The position numbers were made by a program, and so were the translations under genes. A DNA stretch of 28,548 bases from a virus (taxonomy: Duplodnaviria > Heunggongvirae > Uroviricota > Caudoviricetes), in the IMG/VR virus record IMGVR_UViG_2537562092_000003; one strand, given 5' to 3'. The notes below the pieces were generated by a model. It was not told where the DNA came from. It worked only from the letters and a program-made list of their open reading frames with translations, and did no database searches. Below are positions 16,826 to 26,620 of this stretch, in pieces (the stretch's first letter is position 1; each line of letters opens with the position of its first letter).

Positions 16826-17248
16826 TTACCGAATAAATTCCTGGATACTTCCTCGATAAAACATCAGTACACGCTTCATAACTTCGCTCTTACGGCACTC
16901 GCTACAGATTATATTCAGACGCCCGTCATATCGGCGTATTTCTCCGTCTGGTAATGACCAGATAAGGTCAGGATCAACCACAACCGTTTTTTTCACCTTT
17001 GCCCTGGATAGTTTTTTGCGGGCGTTATTCCAGTCCTTACGAGCCTGTTCAGAGGTAAATAACCCATAGCCAGAGTTGTATACATCGCCACTGGCAACCA
17101 ACTCTCTGGCAAGAATGCTCATCAGATATCTTGTCGCCCCTGTCTTGGCCTCCAGTTGCCTTAACGTCTCGCGCCCACTCTGGCGTACGAGATCAACAAT
17201 CTGCCCTTTAATTTTTTCTCGCTCTTCCTGTGTTAATACTTTTGCCAT
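16826..17248 (-). CDS. Hypothetical protein with winged-helix-like N-terminus and C-terminal CxxC
   Basis: Likely start MAKVLTQEEREK at 17248; no family recognised. Confidence 0.4.
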   Translation of the reverse strand: MAKVLTQEEREKIKGQIVDLVRQSGRETLRQLEAKTGATRYLMSILARELVASGDVYNSGYGLFTSEQARKDWNNARKKLSRAKVKKTVVVDPDLIWSLPDGEIRRYDGRLNIICSECRKSEVMKRVLMFYRGSIQEFIR

Positions 17249-17264
17249 AAGCCCTCCCCTAGAA

Positions 17265-17990
17265 TCACTTTTCCGACACAATACGACTGGAGGAATCGAC
17301 AATCTGACGGACAATATCCTGGTGCTTGTTCAGCTCACGCAGCGCGGCGCAGACTCGCTCCCACTTCTGGACATAACTTTTCGCCCGGCGCAGTTCGCGG
17401 TTTGCCATTTGCAGCGATGGTATAATCAGGTCATTGGCTCGCGTTTCAGTGAACGATGGTAGTGACTGCACAATGTCCCCCACAGTATCTGTTTTAATTT
17501 CTTCCTGTGTTGCCGCTTCCTGTACTGGTAACGCAACACCGGCTGGCTGAGGAAAGCCTTTACCAGGTGTTTTCACTACCGATACAACTTTCGGCTCTGC
17601 TGGTAAATTACCGTCCGGCAGGCAGTAACGAAATTTACCGTTCTGATTTACGCGAATCAGACGACCTTTGCTGATGGCCATAGCCAGCGATGAGTTCACC
17701 CTGCGGGAAGTAATTCTGAATATCAGTGCAAGTTCATCAGCCGCTTTAGGGCCATGCTGTTCAATCGCCTCGATCAGCATTTGCGCTGTCACTTTAGAAG
17801 CCTGTGCTACAGATGCGTTTTCGTCGGTTTGAGTCAACCACCACATCGGGCCCTTGTTATCAGCTTCCCCACGACGCTTCAGTTTCCACAGCTCGTTAAT
17901 CGCCTCATCCCGGGTCATTCCCAGACGTGCTGCCACTTCCTGGGAAGAGGCTTTTCCCATTGCTTTCAGTGCGTCAAAAACGGTCTCCAT
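17265..17990 (-). CDS. Hypothetical protein with N-terminal HTH-like segment, downstream of replication genes
   Basis: Likely start METVFDALKAMGK at 17990; may be the intact counterpart of the K-12 pseudogene at this position. Confidence 0.45.
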   Translation of the reverse strand: METVFDALKAMGKASSQEVAARLGMTRDEAINELWKLKRRGEADNKGPMWWLTQTDENASVAQASKVTAQMLIEAIEQHGPKAADELALIFRITSRRVNSSLAMAISKGRLIRVNQNGKFRYCLPDGNLPAEPKVVSVVKTPGKGFPQPAGVALPVQEAATQEEIKTDTVGDIVQSLPSFTETRANDLIIPSLQMANRELRRAKSYVQKWERVCAALRELNKHQDIVRQIVDSSSRIVSEK

Positions 17991-18012
17991 TAAAATTTCC
18001 TCCCGGTAAAAA

Positions 18013-18759
18013 TTACTTCTCAATTCCTGGCTGACCAACATTCGGGCGCCAGCTCTCCCAGTTAAAATTCACCCATCGCCCGCCGTTCATGGTCATCCGA
18101 TCCATAATCCTCTCGCCGAGCAATGTTTTCATGGCCTCATAGTTCAGGTTTGTCAGCATCCCCACGCTGCGGATCGACGCTGTCCGGCGATCAACAATCT
18201 GGTGCAGTACCACCTGCTCGTTTTTTGTCTCGCGCTGAATGCCAATTTCATCAAGAACCAGCAGATCCACTTCGCACAGTTCCCGCAAAAATTTTTCGCC
18301 TGATTGCCCGTCGTCATAGCTGGCGTGTAGAGCACTCATAACATCAGCCACGGTAACCACAATCACTGTCTGACCGTTTTTCAGCAGGCGATTCCCGATA
18401 GCCGCCGCCAGATGGTTTTTTCCGGTACCAGGTTTTCCGCTAAACGCAAAATTTGTACACCCGACCATCAGTTCATCGGCGATGGATTTCGCCTGGCTCA
18501 ACGCGTATCGCTGGCCGTCGTTCTGCACCTGGTAATTCGAAAACGAGCATTTGCGGTGCAACGGCTGGATGCCGGAGCGATTCAGAATTTTTTCCACCCG
18601 CAACTGACGATTCTGGCGATTGATCTCCTCGCAACGTTTCTGGCCTTCTGCAAGTTGCCACTCGCGCCACTCCGCCACCGTCCTGAATGGCGCGGTTACA
18701 TGTGGCGGGGCCAGTCTGCGGATACGTTCCAGAACGCCGCCTGTCGCAATATTTTTCAT
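18013..18759 (-). CDS. ydaV: DnaC-like replicative helicase loader (IstB-like AAA+ ATPase)
   Basis: Walker A GKPGTGKNHLA and Walker B DLLVLDEIG. Confidence 0.8.
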   Translation of the reverse strand: MKNIATGGVLERIRRLAPPHVTAPFRTVAEWREWQLAEGQKRCEEINRQNRQLRVEKILNRSGIQPLHRKCSFSNYQVQNDGQRYALSQAKSIADELMVGCTNFAFSGKPGTGKNHLAAAIGNRLLKNGQTVIVVTVADVMSALHASYDDGQSGEKFLRELCEVDLLVLDEIGIQRETKNEQVVLHQIVDRRTASIRSVGMLTNLNYEAMKTLLGERIMDRMTMNGGRWVNFNWESWRPNVGQPGIEK

Positions 18760-18765
18760 GGTCAG

Positions 18766-19554
18766 TTACCCCCTGAAGCCTGGCGGGATCGCACTGTCCG
18801 GAAACGAGACAGTGTTAACCTGTCGGAGCAACGTCTCAGGCCGAACACTTTTCGGCGCGAACAAGCCCTGGTATTCATTGGCGATGCTGTGTCGAATCAC
18901 CTGCTCAGGGGTAAAACCCTGCTGGCGGAATTTTTCCAGTTCCCGTATCGCCCCGTTAGCGCCCTGCTCCGTTCGAATCGGTTTTCGCAATGCCTGCCTG
19001 AACTGGACCCACTCATTCCAGAGTGTTTCTGGCAACCAGTCGGGCAGAGCAATGGCCTCCGGCTCGAATTGTTTAGACGCTCGTTTTTGCCGAGGGGGAT
19101 TTAGGGGGAGATCAGTATTTATATCTTCCTCTTCCTCTTCCTCTGGTAACGCTTTTTGATCCGTTTGTGTAACGCTGGCAGCGTTACCTTTTCGCTTCAG
19201 TTCGCGTATTTTTGTAACTCTCTCGTTTGTAACCGCCCGTTTTTTCGAGCTTTTTCCGTTATGACGCTCAAAGTTTGGTAGTGAAAGCACTCCATCACTT
19301 TCGACCAGCCATCCAACCTGAATTAACGCATCAGCAAAACCAGCCATAAAAGTGATACGGTCTATTGCACTTTTTGTAACGCCTCGAGCGTTACACTCTG
19401 CGTTACCGTCTATCATTTGTTGATCCGCCCATGCCCAGAAGCGAATGACTTTCCCTAATGCGGCATCTGGATCAATATTCAGAATCTCAGCAAGCCTGAA
19501 TATTTCCGGCTTATCCGGCGTAATAACTTCGAGCTTTATCCAGTTTGAAGCCAT
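18766..19554 (-). CDS. Replication initiator / replisome-organiser-like protein
   Basis: First gene of the replication pair upstream of the DnaC-like gene; acidic low-complexity linker (EEEEEED); contains the GTAAC repeat array. Confidence 0.6.
   Translation of the reverse strand: MASNWIKLEVITPDKPEIFRLAEILNIDPDAALGKVIRFWAWADQQMIDGNAECNARGVTKSAIDRITFMAGFADALIQVGWLVESDGVLSLPNFERHNGKSSKKRAVTNERVTKIRELKRKGNAASVTQTDQKALPEEEEEEDINTDLPLNPPRQKRASKQFEPEAIALPDWLPETLWNEWVQFRQALRKPIRTEQGANGAIRELEKFRQQGFTPEQVIRHSIANEYQGLFAPKSVRPETLLRQVNTVSFPDSAIPPGFRG
19146..19236. repeat. Cluster of GTAAC/GTTAC repeats including the 19-bp palindrome GTAACGC-TGGCA-GCGTTAC (19169-19187)
   Basis: Read directly; falls in the codons for the initiator's interdomain linker (RAVTNERVTKIRELKRKGNAASVTQTDQ). 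Confidence 0.6.
19376..19394. repeat. 19-bp palindrome GTAACGC-CTCGA-GCGTTAC (second copy)
   Basis: Read directly; inside the initiator coding sequence (encodes CNARGVT); an extra GCGTTAC half-site at 19400-19406. Confidence 0.6.
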
Positions 19555-19567
19555 TTGTTTTCACCTT

Positions 19568-19586
19568 GTAACGCTCGCAGCGTTAC
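19568..19586. repeat. 19-bp palindrome GTAACGC-TCGCA-GCGTTAC (third copy) in the leader upstream of the initiator gene
   Basis: Read directly; followed by a second inverted repeat CCGAAC-aaaaca-GTTCGG. Confidence 0.6.
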
Positions 19587-19631
19587 ATTTAACTGATACC
19601 GAACAAAACAGTTCGGTACGATTAATTTCAA

Positions 19632-20054
19632 TCAATGCACTACGACAGAATCGCTAGGAGAACCGCCGCCGCTGAAATGTGCTTTACGGTAAACGGCCTG
19701 GACTGCATCATCATGCGCATCAATTGCCGTACTCAGTGCATCCTGTGCCGCCAGTAATGCACGGCGTTCCAAGGTATCGAAGATGCAGAGTCGGTGACGC
19801 AGCTCGCGAGGAAGAATTGCCAGAACCGCAGGGATCAGTTTCTGAATTTTTTCCCTTTGCGCATTCGTTTCACCTTTCAACCAACGATGATAGATATTCT
19901 GCTGATTGTTCCAGTCCTTGCCTGGTACCAGGGGCAATTCGCCGCCCCCCTGGTGCAGATATTCTTCAGTAATTGCGTTAGCGACCCACGCCTGCCCTTT
20001 TTCGGCTGCCAGGGCTAACAACACTGATTCGATGTGCTCATGCTTGATTTTCAT
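19632..20054 (-). CDS. ydaT: YdaT-like protein (Rac immunity-region toxic protein)
   Basis: 140 aa, MKIKHEHIESVLLALAAEKGQAWVANAITEEY..., matching K-12 YdaT as recalled. Confidence 0.8.
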   Translation of the reverse strand: MKIKHEHIESVLLALAAEKGQAWVANAITEEYLHQGGGELPLVPGKDWNNQQNIYHRWLKGETNAQREKIQKLIPAVLAILPRELRHRLCIFDTLERRALLAAQDALSTAIDAHDDAVQAVYRKAHFSGGGSPSDSVVVH

Positions 20055-20305
20055 GAATCAACTCCCATCAGCTTTTTCGTAGTAGTTTTATTTCTGCCAA
20101 TAGTTAAAATTGCATCGGCAGAAAATAATCCGTTTGATGCATGAGCGATTTTTTCAGCGTAATTTGTTTCGCCGGTATATTCTGTGCGAGGCAATTTTCC
20201 GTTATCCATCCATTTGTAGATTGCTCTTTGGCTGACACCACAAACGTCGGCCACAACAGAAACGCGAACAGTTTTGATTACATCTTCAAGTGTTTTCTGG
20301 TTCAT
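20051..20305 (-). CDS. ydaS: Cro-like HTH regulator, divergent from the repressor
   Basis: Start MNQKTLEDV at 20305 with SD GAGGA; HTH VCGVSQRAIYKWMDNG. Symbol assigned by synteny only. Confidence 0.55.
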   Translation of the reverse strand: MNQKTLEDVIKTVRVSVVADVCGVSQRAIYKWMDNGKLPRTEYTGETNYAEKIAHASNGLFSADAILTIGRNKTTTKKLMGVDS

Positions 20306-20384
20306 ATCATCCTCACAATGTGAACTTTGAGTACATGCTATAACAGAACTGACAGTACATTCAAGAGCGAATATCATTGAACTT
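20306..20384. promoter_or_regulatory. Divergent promoter/operator region (OR-like) with AGTACAT half-sites
   Basis: AGTACAT at 20330-20336 and 20354-20360 between the divergent cro-like and repressor genes. Confidence 0.5.
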
Positions 20385-20804
20385 ATGGTTCATGAAGATA
20401 AAGCGCGTAAAGAGTTCGCCAGTAGGCTTGCGCTAGCCTGTGAAAACGCTGGTTATGAACAACATGGAAGGCAGGCAGAAATTGCCCGTCGAATGAAATT
20501 AACACCAAAAGCGGTTAGCAAATGGTTTAATGGTGAAACAATTCCTCGCCGAGAGAAATTAAGGGAATTAGCAACACTCATTGGAACAACACCAACCTAT
20601 CTTTTGGGAGAGGATACAGAAGAAAGTGGACAGATACGTTTCTATCAGGAGTTAAATCCAAGACAAAAAATCATCATTGACCTTCTGGACGAGCTCCCTG
20701 ACAGTGAGACAGATGAACTTTTAAAAACTCTTGAGGAGAAAAAACAGAAGTACAATGCAATTTACGAAGAGTTAGCACGAAAGAAAAAACAAAAAGCCTC
20801 TTAA
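20385..20804 (+). CDS. CI-like immunity repressor (XRE-family HTH)
   Basis: N-terminal HTH (QAEIARRMKLTPKAVSKWFNGETIP), acidic charged C-terminus; divergent from the cro-like gene. Confidence 0.7.
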   Translation: MVHEDKARKEFASRLALACENAGYEQHGRQAEIARRMKLTPKAVSKWFNGETIPRREKLRELATLIGTTPTYLLGEDTEESGQIRFYQELNPRQKIIIDLLDELPDSETDELLKTLEEKKQKYNAIYEELARKKKQKAS

Positions 20805-20876
20805 ACCAGCATAAATCCGGTAGCGTCCCCCTCCGGGTTTGTGCTTCACTTTATCCCGTCTCATTTTTTTATACAT

Positions 20877-20921
20877 AAAATGTACTTAAAGTACTTTACA
20901 ATGATGAACACAAAGTACATT
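20877..20921. promoter_or_regulatory. OL-like cluster of GTAC-centred palindromes downstream of the repressor gene
   Basis: AATGTACTT, palindromic TAAAGTACTTTA and AAAGTACATT share the AAGTACA core seen in the OR-like region. Confidence 0.45.
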
Positions 20922-21091
20922 ATATACCTACCAACCCACCCCGCCCCACAGAACGCCGGGCAATACTTCGAGTTACCAGGCAGTGGTCAGGGGTTAAGTA
21001 GCCAGCCCGAGGCGTATGAACATGACGGCGGGATTCAAATTTTGCAGTGCAGCAGTTAGTTCCGCCACCCGGCGTTAAGGGGATAGATAAG

Positions 21092-21226
21092 ATGGTGCAT
21101 TACGAAGTAGTTCAGTATTTGATGGATTGTTGCGGTATCACTTACAACCAGGCTGTGCAGGCTTTACGCAGCAACGACTGGGATCTCTGGCAGGCAGAAG
21201 TCGCTATACGTAGCAACAAGATGTGA
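21092..21226 (+). CDS. ydaG: Small Rac protein YdaG-like (44 aa)
   Basis: MVHYEVVQYLMDCCGITYNQAVQALRSNDWDLWQAEVAIRSNKM; below the track cutoff, translated by hand. Symbol by recalled length and synteny. Confidence 0.5.
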   Translation: MVHYEVVQYLMDCCGITYNQAVQALRSNDWDLWQAEVAIRSNKM

Positions 21227-21236
21227 GATTCGCAAA

Positions 21237-21392
21237 ATGCAAAAAATCGACCTCGGCAACAACGAATCCCTGGTGTGCGGCGTGTTCCCCAACCAGGATG
21301 GAACGTTCACTGCCATGACGTATACCAAAAGCAAAACATTTAAAACCGAAACTGGTGCGCGCCGATGGTTGGAGAAGCACACAGTAAGCTAA
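21237..21392 (+). CDS. ydaF: Small Rac protein YdaF-like (51 aa)
   Basis: MQKIDLGNNESLVCGVFPNQDGTFTAMTYTKSKTFKTETGARRWLEKHTVS; translated by hand; its stop overlaps the sieB stop convergently. Confidence 0.5.
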   Translation: MQKIDLGNNESLVCGVFPNQDGTFTAMTYTKSKTFKTETGARRWLEKHTVS

Positions 21393-21877
21393 CGATTAAA
21401 ACGTCTACTCCTGCTGTTCCAGAATAACTTCATAAAATGGGAGTATTTTTCGGTGACGAGATAATAAGAACAGTTTGCGCTATCACTCTGATGTTGAATG
21501 ATGCCCTTCCGTTCTAATTTTTTCATAACCGGGTTACGGCAAGGAGAAGTGATAATAAGATTTCCTGTTTTAAGGAAATCTTTAAATACAGCGATTTCTT
21601 TCTCAGATAAACGAAGCAATACTCGTTGCTCTGGTAGTAATGAATAATGCTTTTGAATATGTGCTCGCAATCTTGAGAAGGAAATGGCGACCACGAAAGA
21701 AAAGGCAAAAACGATAATCTGAAAGAGCCAAGGTATTTCAGTATAAGCATTGAATGCGACAGTAAACTCTTTCGGTATCAGCCAGAGAGTGAGACCAAAA
21801 ATGATAATCGTATACATAAGTCTTTCGAGTGGCTCGTTAGCAAAAAGTTTCAACAATGGAGTAAATACATCCAACAT
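21389..21877 (-). CDS. sieB: Superinfection exclusion protein B
   Basis: 162 aa from MLDVFTPLLKLFANEPLE...; matches Rac SieB as recalled. Track ORF is extended upstream without support. Confidence 0.85.
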   Translation of the reverse strand: MLDVFTPLLKLFANEPLERLMYTIIIFGLTLWLIPKEFTVAFNAYTEIPWLFQIIVFAFSFVVAISFSRLRAHIQKHYSLLPEQRVLLRLSEKEIAVFKDFLKTGNLIITSPCRNPVMKKLERKGIIQHQSDSANCSYYLVTEKYSHFMKLFWNSRSRRFNR

Positions 21878-22318
21878 ATCAATAACTCTCAACTGTAAGG
21901 GTATTGAAATGTTAACACAAGCTCTCGCTGTAGGGGTATAGCCGAGACCACCGAAGCCCGGAGGTGGTGAAATAAAACCGGGCACAACACGAAGGCGCAT
22001 TTCCGATATCCATAAAGAGTCGGTCTTGTCTGTTAAATTTAAATGGTGGGAGTGCGCCTCCGGTTGTAAATAACGACATTGCTGTGTGTAGTCCTGGCGG
22101 CATCAGTTTTTTTCTTGAAGTTCGGCTGATGTCCGCCCTTTTTAAAGTGAATTTTGTGATGCGGTGAATGCGGCTAAGCGCACGTGGCACAGTTAAAAGT
22201 CATGTTAGTCCTTATTGGTTTGGGTGGGAAAGCCGACTGTAATTGTTAACTGGTTGCAGTCACCTGGAGGCACCAGGCACCGCATCAACAAAGTTCATTT
22301 GTAAAAATGGAGATAATT

Positions 22319-22540
22319 ATGATTGCACATCACTTCGGAACTGATGAAATACCACGTCAGTGTGTGACTCCTGGCGATTATGTTCTTCATGAAGGCCGGA
22401 CATATATTGCCTCGGCAAACAATATTAAAAAGCGAAAACTATATATTCGTAACCTGACCACAAAAACATGCATTACTGACCGCATGATTAAAGTCTTCCT
22501 CGGTCGTGATGGTTTACCTGTAAAGGCGGAGTCATGGTGA
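22319..22540 (+). CDS. kilR: KilR, FtsZ-targeting killing protein
   Basis: 73 aa from [35 protein letters not shown]...; matches K-12 KilR as recalled. Confidence 0.85.
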   Translation: MIAHHFGTDEIPRQCVTPGDYVLHEGRTYIASANNIKKRKLYIRNLTTKTCITDRMIKVFLGRDGLPVKAESW

Positions 22541-22710
22541 TGACTAAGAAAATAAAATGTGCTTACCACCTTTGCAAAAAAGACGTTGAAGAAAGCAAAG
22601 CTATTGAAAGAATGCTTCACTTCATGCACGGGATTTTATCAAAAGACGAACCGAGAAAATATTGCAGTGAAGCTTGTGCCGAAAAAGACCAGATGGCACA
22701 TGAACTTTAA
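22540..22710 (+). CDS. ydaE: YdaE-like small zinc-binding protein (56 aa)
   Basis: [14 protein letters not shown]...YCSEACAEKDQMAHEL; start overlaps the kilR stop (TGATG); translated by hand. Confidence 0.7.
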   Translation: MTKKIKCAYHLCKKDVEESKAIERMLHFMHGILSKDEPRKYCSEACAEKDQMAHEL

Positions 22711-22784
22711 TTAATTGACTATTCGAAACTGAATTTATGCCAGAAATGGCAGGTATTCGCTCAACCTTAATTAAGGAGAAAAAC

Positions 22785-23060
22785 ATGATTACCAATTATG
22801 AAGCCACTGTTGTAACTACCGATGACATTGTTCACGAGGTGAATCTGGAAGGAAAGCGCATTGGCTACGTAATTAAAACAGAAAATAAAGAAACCCCATT
22901 CACTGTGGTTGATATCGATGGTCCATCAGGCAACGTAAAAACACTTGATGAAGGTGTCAAAAAAATGTGCCTGGTGCATATCGGAAAGAATCTGCCCGCA
23001 GAAAAAAAAGCCGAATTTCTGGCAACTCTAATTGCAATGAAATTAAAAGGTGAAATCTGA
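22785..23060 (+). CDS. racC: RacC protein
   Basis: Start MITNYEATVV with SD AAGGAG; 91 aa. Confidence 0.7.
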   Translation: MITNYEATVVTTDDIVHEVNLEGKRIGYVIKTENKETPFTVVDIDGPSGNVKTLDEGVKKMCLVHIGKNLPAEKKAEFLATLIAMKLKGEI

Positions 23061-23161
23061 AAGAAATAGCCTGCGTATGGCGCAGGCTATGAACAGTGTG
23101 TATCCGGCAAGATCATTCACTGAACAAAACGAATTTTAATCTGAGTTGAGGTTAAAAAACA

Positions 23162-25762
23162 ATGAGCACAAAACCACTCTTCCTGTTACGGAAAGCGAAA
23201 AAATCATCCGGTGAACCTGACGTCGTCCTGTGGGCAAGCAACGATTTTGAATCGACCTGTGCCACTCTGGACTACCTGATCGTTAAGTCAGGTAAAAAAC
23301 TGAGCAGCTATTTTAAAGCTGTTGCCACGAATTTTCCTGTCGTTAATGACCTGCCCGCTGAAGGTGAGATCGATTTTACCTGGAGTGAACGCTATCAACT
23401 CAGCAAAGACTCCATGACATGGGAACTAAAACCGGGAGCAGCACCAGACAACGCTCACTATCAAGGCAATACCAACGTCAACGGCGAAGACATGACTGAG
23501 ATTGAGGAGAATATGCTACTCCCAATTTCTGGCCAGGAACTGCCCATTCGTTGGCTTGCTCAACACGGCAGCGAAAAACCGGTAACGCACGTTTCACGCG
23601 ACGGACTCCAGGCATTACACATTGCTCGGGCTGAAGAACTACCGGCTGTTACTGCCCTGGCTGTTTCCCACAAAACCAGCCTGCTCGACCCGCTGGAAAT
23701 TCGCGAACTCCACAAACTGGTTCGTGACACTGACAAAGTTTTCCCTAATCCTGGTAATTCAAACCTGGGACTGATAACTGCTTTTTTCGAAGCATACCTG
23801 AACGCTGACTACACCGATCGAGGACTGCTGACAAAAGAGTGGATGAAGGGTAATCGTGTTTCACACATCACTCGCACGGCTTCCGGTGCTAATGCTGGCG
23901 GCGGAAACCTCACCGATCGCGGCGAAGGTTTCGTACACGATCTGACGTCACTGGCGCGCGACGTAGCCACTGGCGTACTGGCCCGTTCAATGGATCTGGA
24001 CATCTATAACCTTCATCCGGCACACGCTAAACGCATTGAGGAAATTATCGCTGAAAATAAACCGCCCTTTTCTGTTTTCCGCGACAAATTCATCACCATG
24101 CCTGGCGGGCTGGATTATTCCCGCGCCATCGTGGTTGCGTCCGTAAAAGAAGCACCAATTGGGATCGAGGTCATCCCCGCGCACGTCACTGAATATCTGA
24201 ACAAAGTACTGACTGAAACCGATCATGCCAACCCTGATCCGGAAATCGTGGATATTGCCTGCGGTCGCTCCTCTGCCCCGATGCCGCAGCGAGTAACAGA
24301 AGAAGGAAAACAGGATGATGAAGAAAAACCGCAACCATCTGGAACAACGGCAGTTGAACAGGGAGAGGCTGAAACAATGGAACCGGACGCAACTGAACAT
24401 CATCAGGACACGCAGCCGCTGGATGCTCAGTCACAGGTAAATTCTGTTGATGCGAAATATCAGGAACTGCGGGCAGAACTCCATGAAGCCCGGAAAAACA
24501 TTCCATCAAAAAATCCTGTCGATGCCGATAAATTGCTTGCTGCATCACGTGGTGAATTTGTTGACGGAATTAGCGACCCGAACGATCCGAAATGGGTAAA
24601 GGGGATCCAGACTCGCGATTGTGTGTACCAGAACCAGCCAGAAACGGAAAAAACCAGCCCAGATATGAATCAACCTGAGCCAGTAGTGCAACAGGAACCG
24701 GAAATAGCCTGCAATGCCTGCGGCCAGACTGGCGGGGATAACTGCCCTGACTGTGGTGCGGTGATGGGCGACGCAACATACCAGGAAACATTCGATGAAG
24801 AGAGTCAGGTTGAAGCTAAGGAAAATGATCCGGAGGAAATGGAAGGCGCTGAACATCCGCACAATGAGAATGCTGGCAGCGATCCCCATCGCGATTGCAG
24901 TGATGAAACTGGCGAAGTCGCAGATCCCGTAATCGTAGAAGACATAGAGCCAGGTATTTATTACGGAATTTCGAATGAGAATTACCACGCGGGTCCCGGT
25001 ATCAGTAAGTCTCAGCTCGATGACATTGCTGATACTCCGGCACTATATTTGTGGCGTAAAAATGCCCCCGTGGACACCACAAAGACAAAAACGCTCGATT
25101 TAGGAACTGCTTTCCACTGCCGGGTACTTGAACCGGAAGAATTCAGTAACCGCTTTATCGTAGCACCTGAATTTAACCGCCGTACAAACGCCGGAAAAGA
25201 AGAAGAGAAAGCGTTTCTGATGGAATGCGCAAGCACAGGAAAAACGGTTATCACTGCGGAAGAAGGCCGGAAAATTGAACTCATGTATCAAAGCGTTATG
25301 GCTTTGCCGCTGGGGCAATGGCTTGTTGAAAGCGCCGGACACGCTGAATCATCAATTTACTGGGAAGATCCTGAAACAGGAATTTTGTGTCGGTGCCGTC
25401 CGGACAAAATTATCCCTGAATTTCACTGGATCATGGACGTGAAAACTACGGCGGATATTCAACGATTCAAAACCGCTTATTACGACTACCGCTATCACGT
25501 TCAGGATGCATTCTACAGTGACGGTTATGAAGCACAGTTTGGAGTGCAGCCAACTTTCGTTTTTCTGGTTGCCAGCACAACTATTGAATGCGGACGTTAT
25601 CCGGTTGAAATTTTCATGATGGGCGAAGAAGCAAAACTGGCAGGTCAACAGGAATATCACCGCAATCTGCGAACCCTGTCTGACTGCCTGAATACCGATG
25701 AATGGCCAGCTATTAAGACATTATCACTGCCCCGCTGGGCTAAGGAATATGCAAATGACTAA
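23162..25762 (+). CDS. recE: Exodeoxyribonuclease VIII (RecE)
   Basis: 866 aa; closely matches K-12 RecE as recalled, including the C-terminal nuclease domain. Confidence 0.95.
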   Translation: MSTKPLFLLRKAKKSSGEPDVVLWASNDFESTCATLDYLIVKSGKKLSSYFKAVATNFPVVNDLPAEGEIDFTWSERYQLSKDSMTWELKPGAAPDNAHYQGNTNVNGEDMTEIEENMLLPISGQELPIRWLAQHGSEKPVTHVSRDGLQALHIARAEELPAVTALAVSHKTSLLDPLEIRELHKLVRDTDKVFPNPGNSNLGLITAFFEAYLNADYTDRGLLTKEWMKGNRVSHITRTASGANAGGGNLTDRGEGFVHDLTSLARDVATGVLARSMDLDIYNLHPAHAKRIEEIIAENKPPFSVFRDKFITMPGGLDYSRAIVVASVKEAPIGIEVIPAHVTEYLNKVLTETDHANPDPEIVDIACGRSSAPMPQRVTEEGKQDDEEKPQPSGTTAVEQGEAETMEPDATEHHQDTQPLDAQSQVNSVDAKYQELRAELHEARKNIPSKNPVDADKLLAASRGEFVDGISDPNDPKWVKGIQTRDCVYQNQPETEKTSPDMNQPEPVVQQEPEIACNACGQTGGDNCPDCGAVMGDATYQETFDEESQVEAKENDPEEMEGAEHPHNENAGSDPHRDCSDETGEVADPVIVEDIEPGIYYGISNENYHAGPGISKSQLDDIADTPALYLWRKNAPVDTTKTKTLDLGTAFHCRVLEPEEFSNRFIVAPEFNRRTNAGKEEEKAFLMECASTGKTVITAEEGRKIELMYQSVMALPLGQWLVESAGHAESSIYWEDPETGILCRCRPDKIIPEFHWIMDVKTTADIQRFKTAYYDYRYHVQDAFYSDGYEAQFGVQPTFVFLVASTTIECGRYPVEIFMMGEEAKLAGQQEYHRNLRTLSDCLNTDEWPAIKTLSLPRWAKEYAND

Positions 25763-26564
25763 GCAACCACCAATCGCAAAAGCCGATCTGCAAAAAACTC
25801 AGGGAAACCGTGCACCAGCAGCAGTTAAAAATAGCGACGTGATTAGTTTTATTAACCAGCCATCAATGAAAGAGCAACTGGCAGCAGCTCTTCCACGCCA
25901 TATGACGGCTGAACGTATGATCCGTATCGCCACCACAGAAATTCGTAAAGTTCCGGCGTTAGGAAACTGTGACACTATGAGTTTTGTCAGTGCGATCGTA
26001 CAGTGTTCACAGCTCGGACTTGAGCCAGGTAGCGCCCTCGGTCATGCATATTTACTGCCTTTTGGTAATAAAAACGAAAAGAGCGGTAAAAAGAACGTTC
26101 AGCTAATCATTGGCTATCGCGGCATGATTGATCTGGCTCGCCGTTCTGGTCAAATCGCCAGCCTGTCAGCCCGTGTTGTCCGTGAAGGTGACGAGTTTAG
26201 CTTCGAATTTGGCCTTGATGAAAAGTTAATACACCGCCCGGGAGAAAACGAAGATGCCCCGGTTACCCACGTCTATGCTGTCGCAAGACTGAAAGACGGA
26301 GGTACTCAGTTTGAAGTTATGACGCGCAAACAGATTGAGCTGGTGCGCAGCCTGAGTAAAGCTGGTAATAACGGGCCGTGGGTAACTCACTGGGAGGAAA
26401 TGGCAAAGAAAACGGCTATTCGTCGCCTGTTCAAATATCTGCCCGTATCAATTGAGATCCAGCGTGCAGTATCAATGGATGAAAAGGAACCACTGACAAT
26501 CGATCCTGCAGATTCCTCTGTATTAACCGGGGAATACAGTGTAATCGATAATTCAGAGGAATAA
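25755..26564 (+). CDS. recT: RecT single-strand annealing protein
   Basis: 269 aa from [14 protein letters not shown]...; start overlaps the recE stop. Confidence 0.95.
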   Translation: MTKQPPIAKADLQKTQGNRAPAAVKNSDVISFINQPSMKEQLAAALPRHMTAERMIRIATTEIRKVPALGNCDTMSFVSAIVQCSQLGLEPGSALGHAYLLPFGNKNEKSGKKNVQLIIGYRGMIDLARRSGQIASLSARVVREGDEFSFEFGLDEKLIHRPGENEDAPVTHVYAVARLKDGGTQFEVMTRKQIELVRSLSKAGNNGPWVTHWEEMAKKTAIRRLFKYLPVSIEIQRAVSMDEKEPLTIDPADSSVLTGEYSVIDNSEE

Positions 26565-26620
26565 TTCAGCCTGGCGGTGTAATGCACCGCCAACTTGAAA
26601 TATTTTTTATGAGAAAAATT

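Noticed and set aside
17076-19159. Plus-strand ORFs antisense to the replication-region genes (17076-17462, 17754-17993, 18123-18341, 18412-19104, 18620-19159) and minus-strand ORFs 18153-18335 and 18473-18670
   Set aside because: Overlap genes with clear motifs (Walker A/B) or coherent coding sequence in another frame; Arg/Ser/Cys-rich artefact composition.
19445-20018. Plus-strand ORFs 19445-19657, 19679-19972 and 19794-20018 overlapping the initiator and ydaT
   Set aside because: Antisense to well-supported genes.
20841-21059. 72-aa plus-strand ORF downstream of the repressor gene
   Set aside because: Spans the OL-like palindrome cluster and has no ribosome-binding site; likely regulatory DNA.
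21912-22190. 92-aa minus-strand ORF upstream of sieB (and ORFs 21164-21382, 21523-21750, 21750-21941)
   Set aside because: Overlap sieB, ydaF or intergenic promoter DNA in alternative frames; no family signal.
22387-22629. 80-aa minus-strand ORF antisense to kilR/ydaE
   Set aside because: Antisense to two recognised genes.
23809-25660. Cluster of minus-strand ORFs inside recE (23809-24003, 23987-24403, 24186-24548, 24545-24988, 24570-24791, 25012-25284, 25100-25342, 25352-25660)
   Set aside because: All antisense to the long, well-supported recE frame.
26387-26593. 68-aa minus-strand ORF antisense to the recT 3' end
   Set aside because: Antisense overlap, no support.
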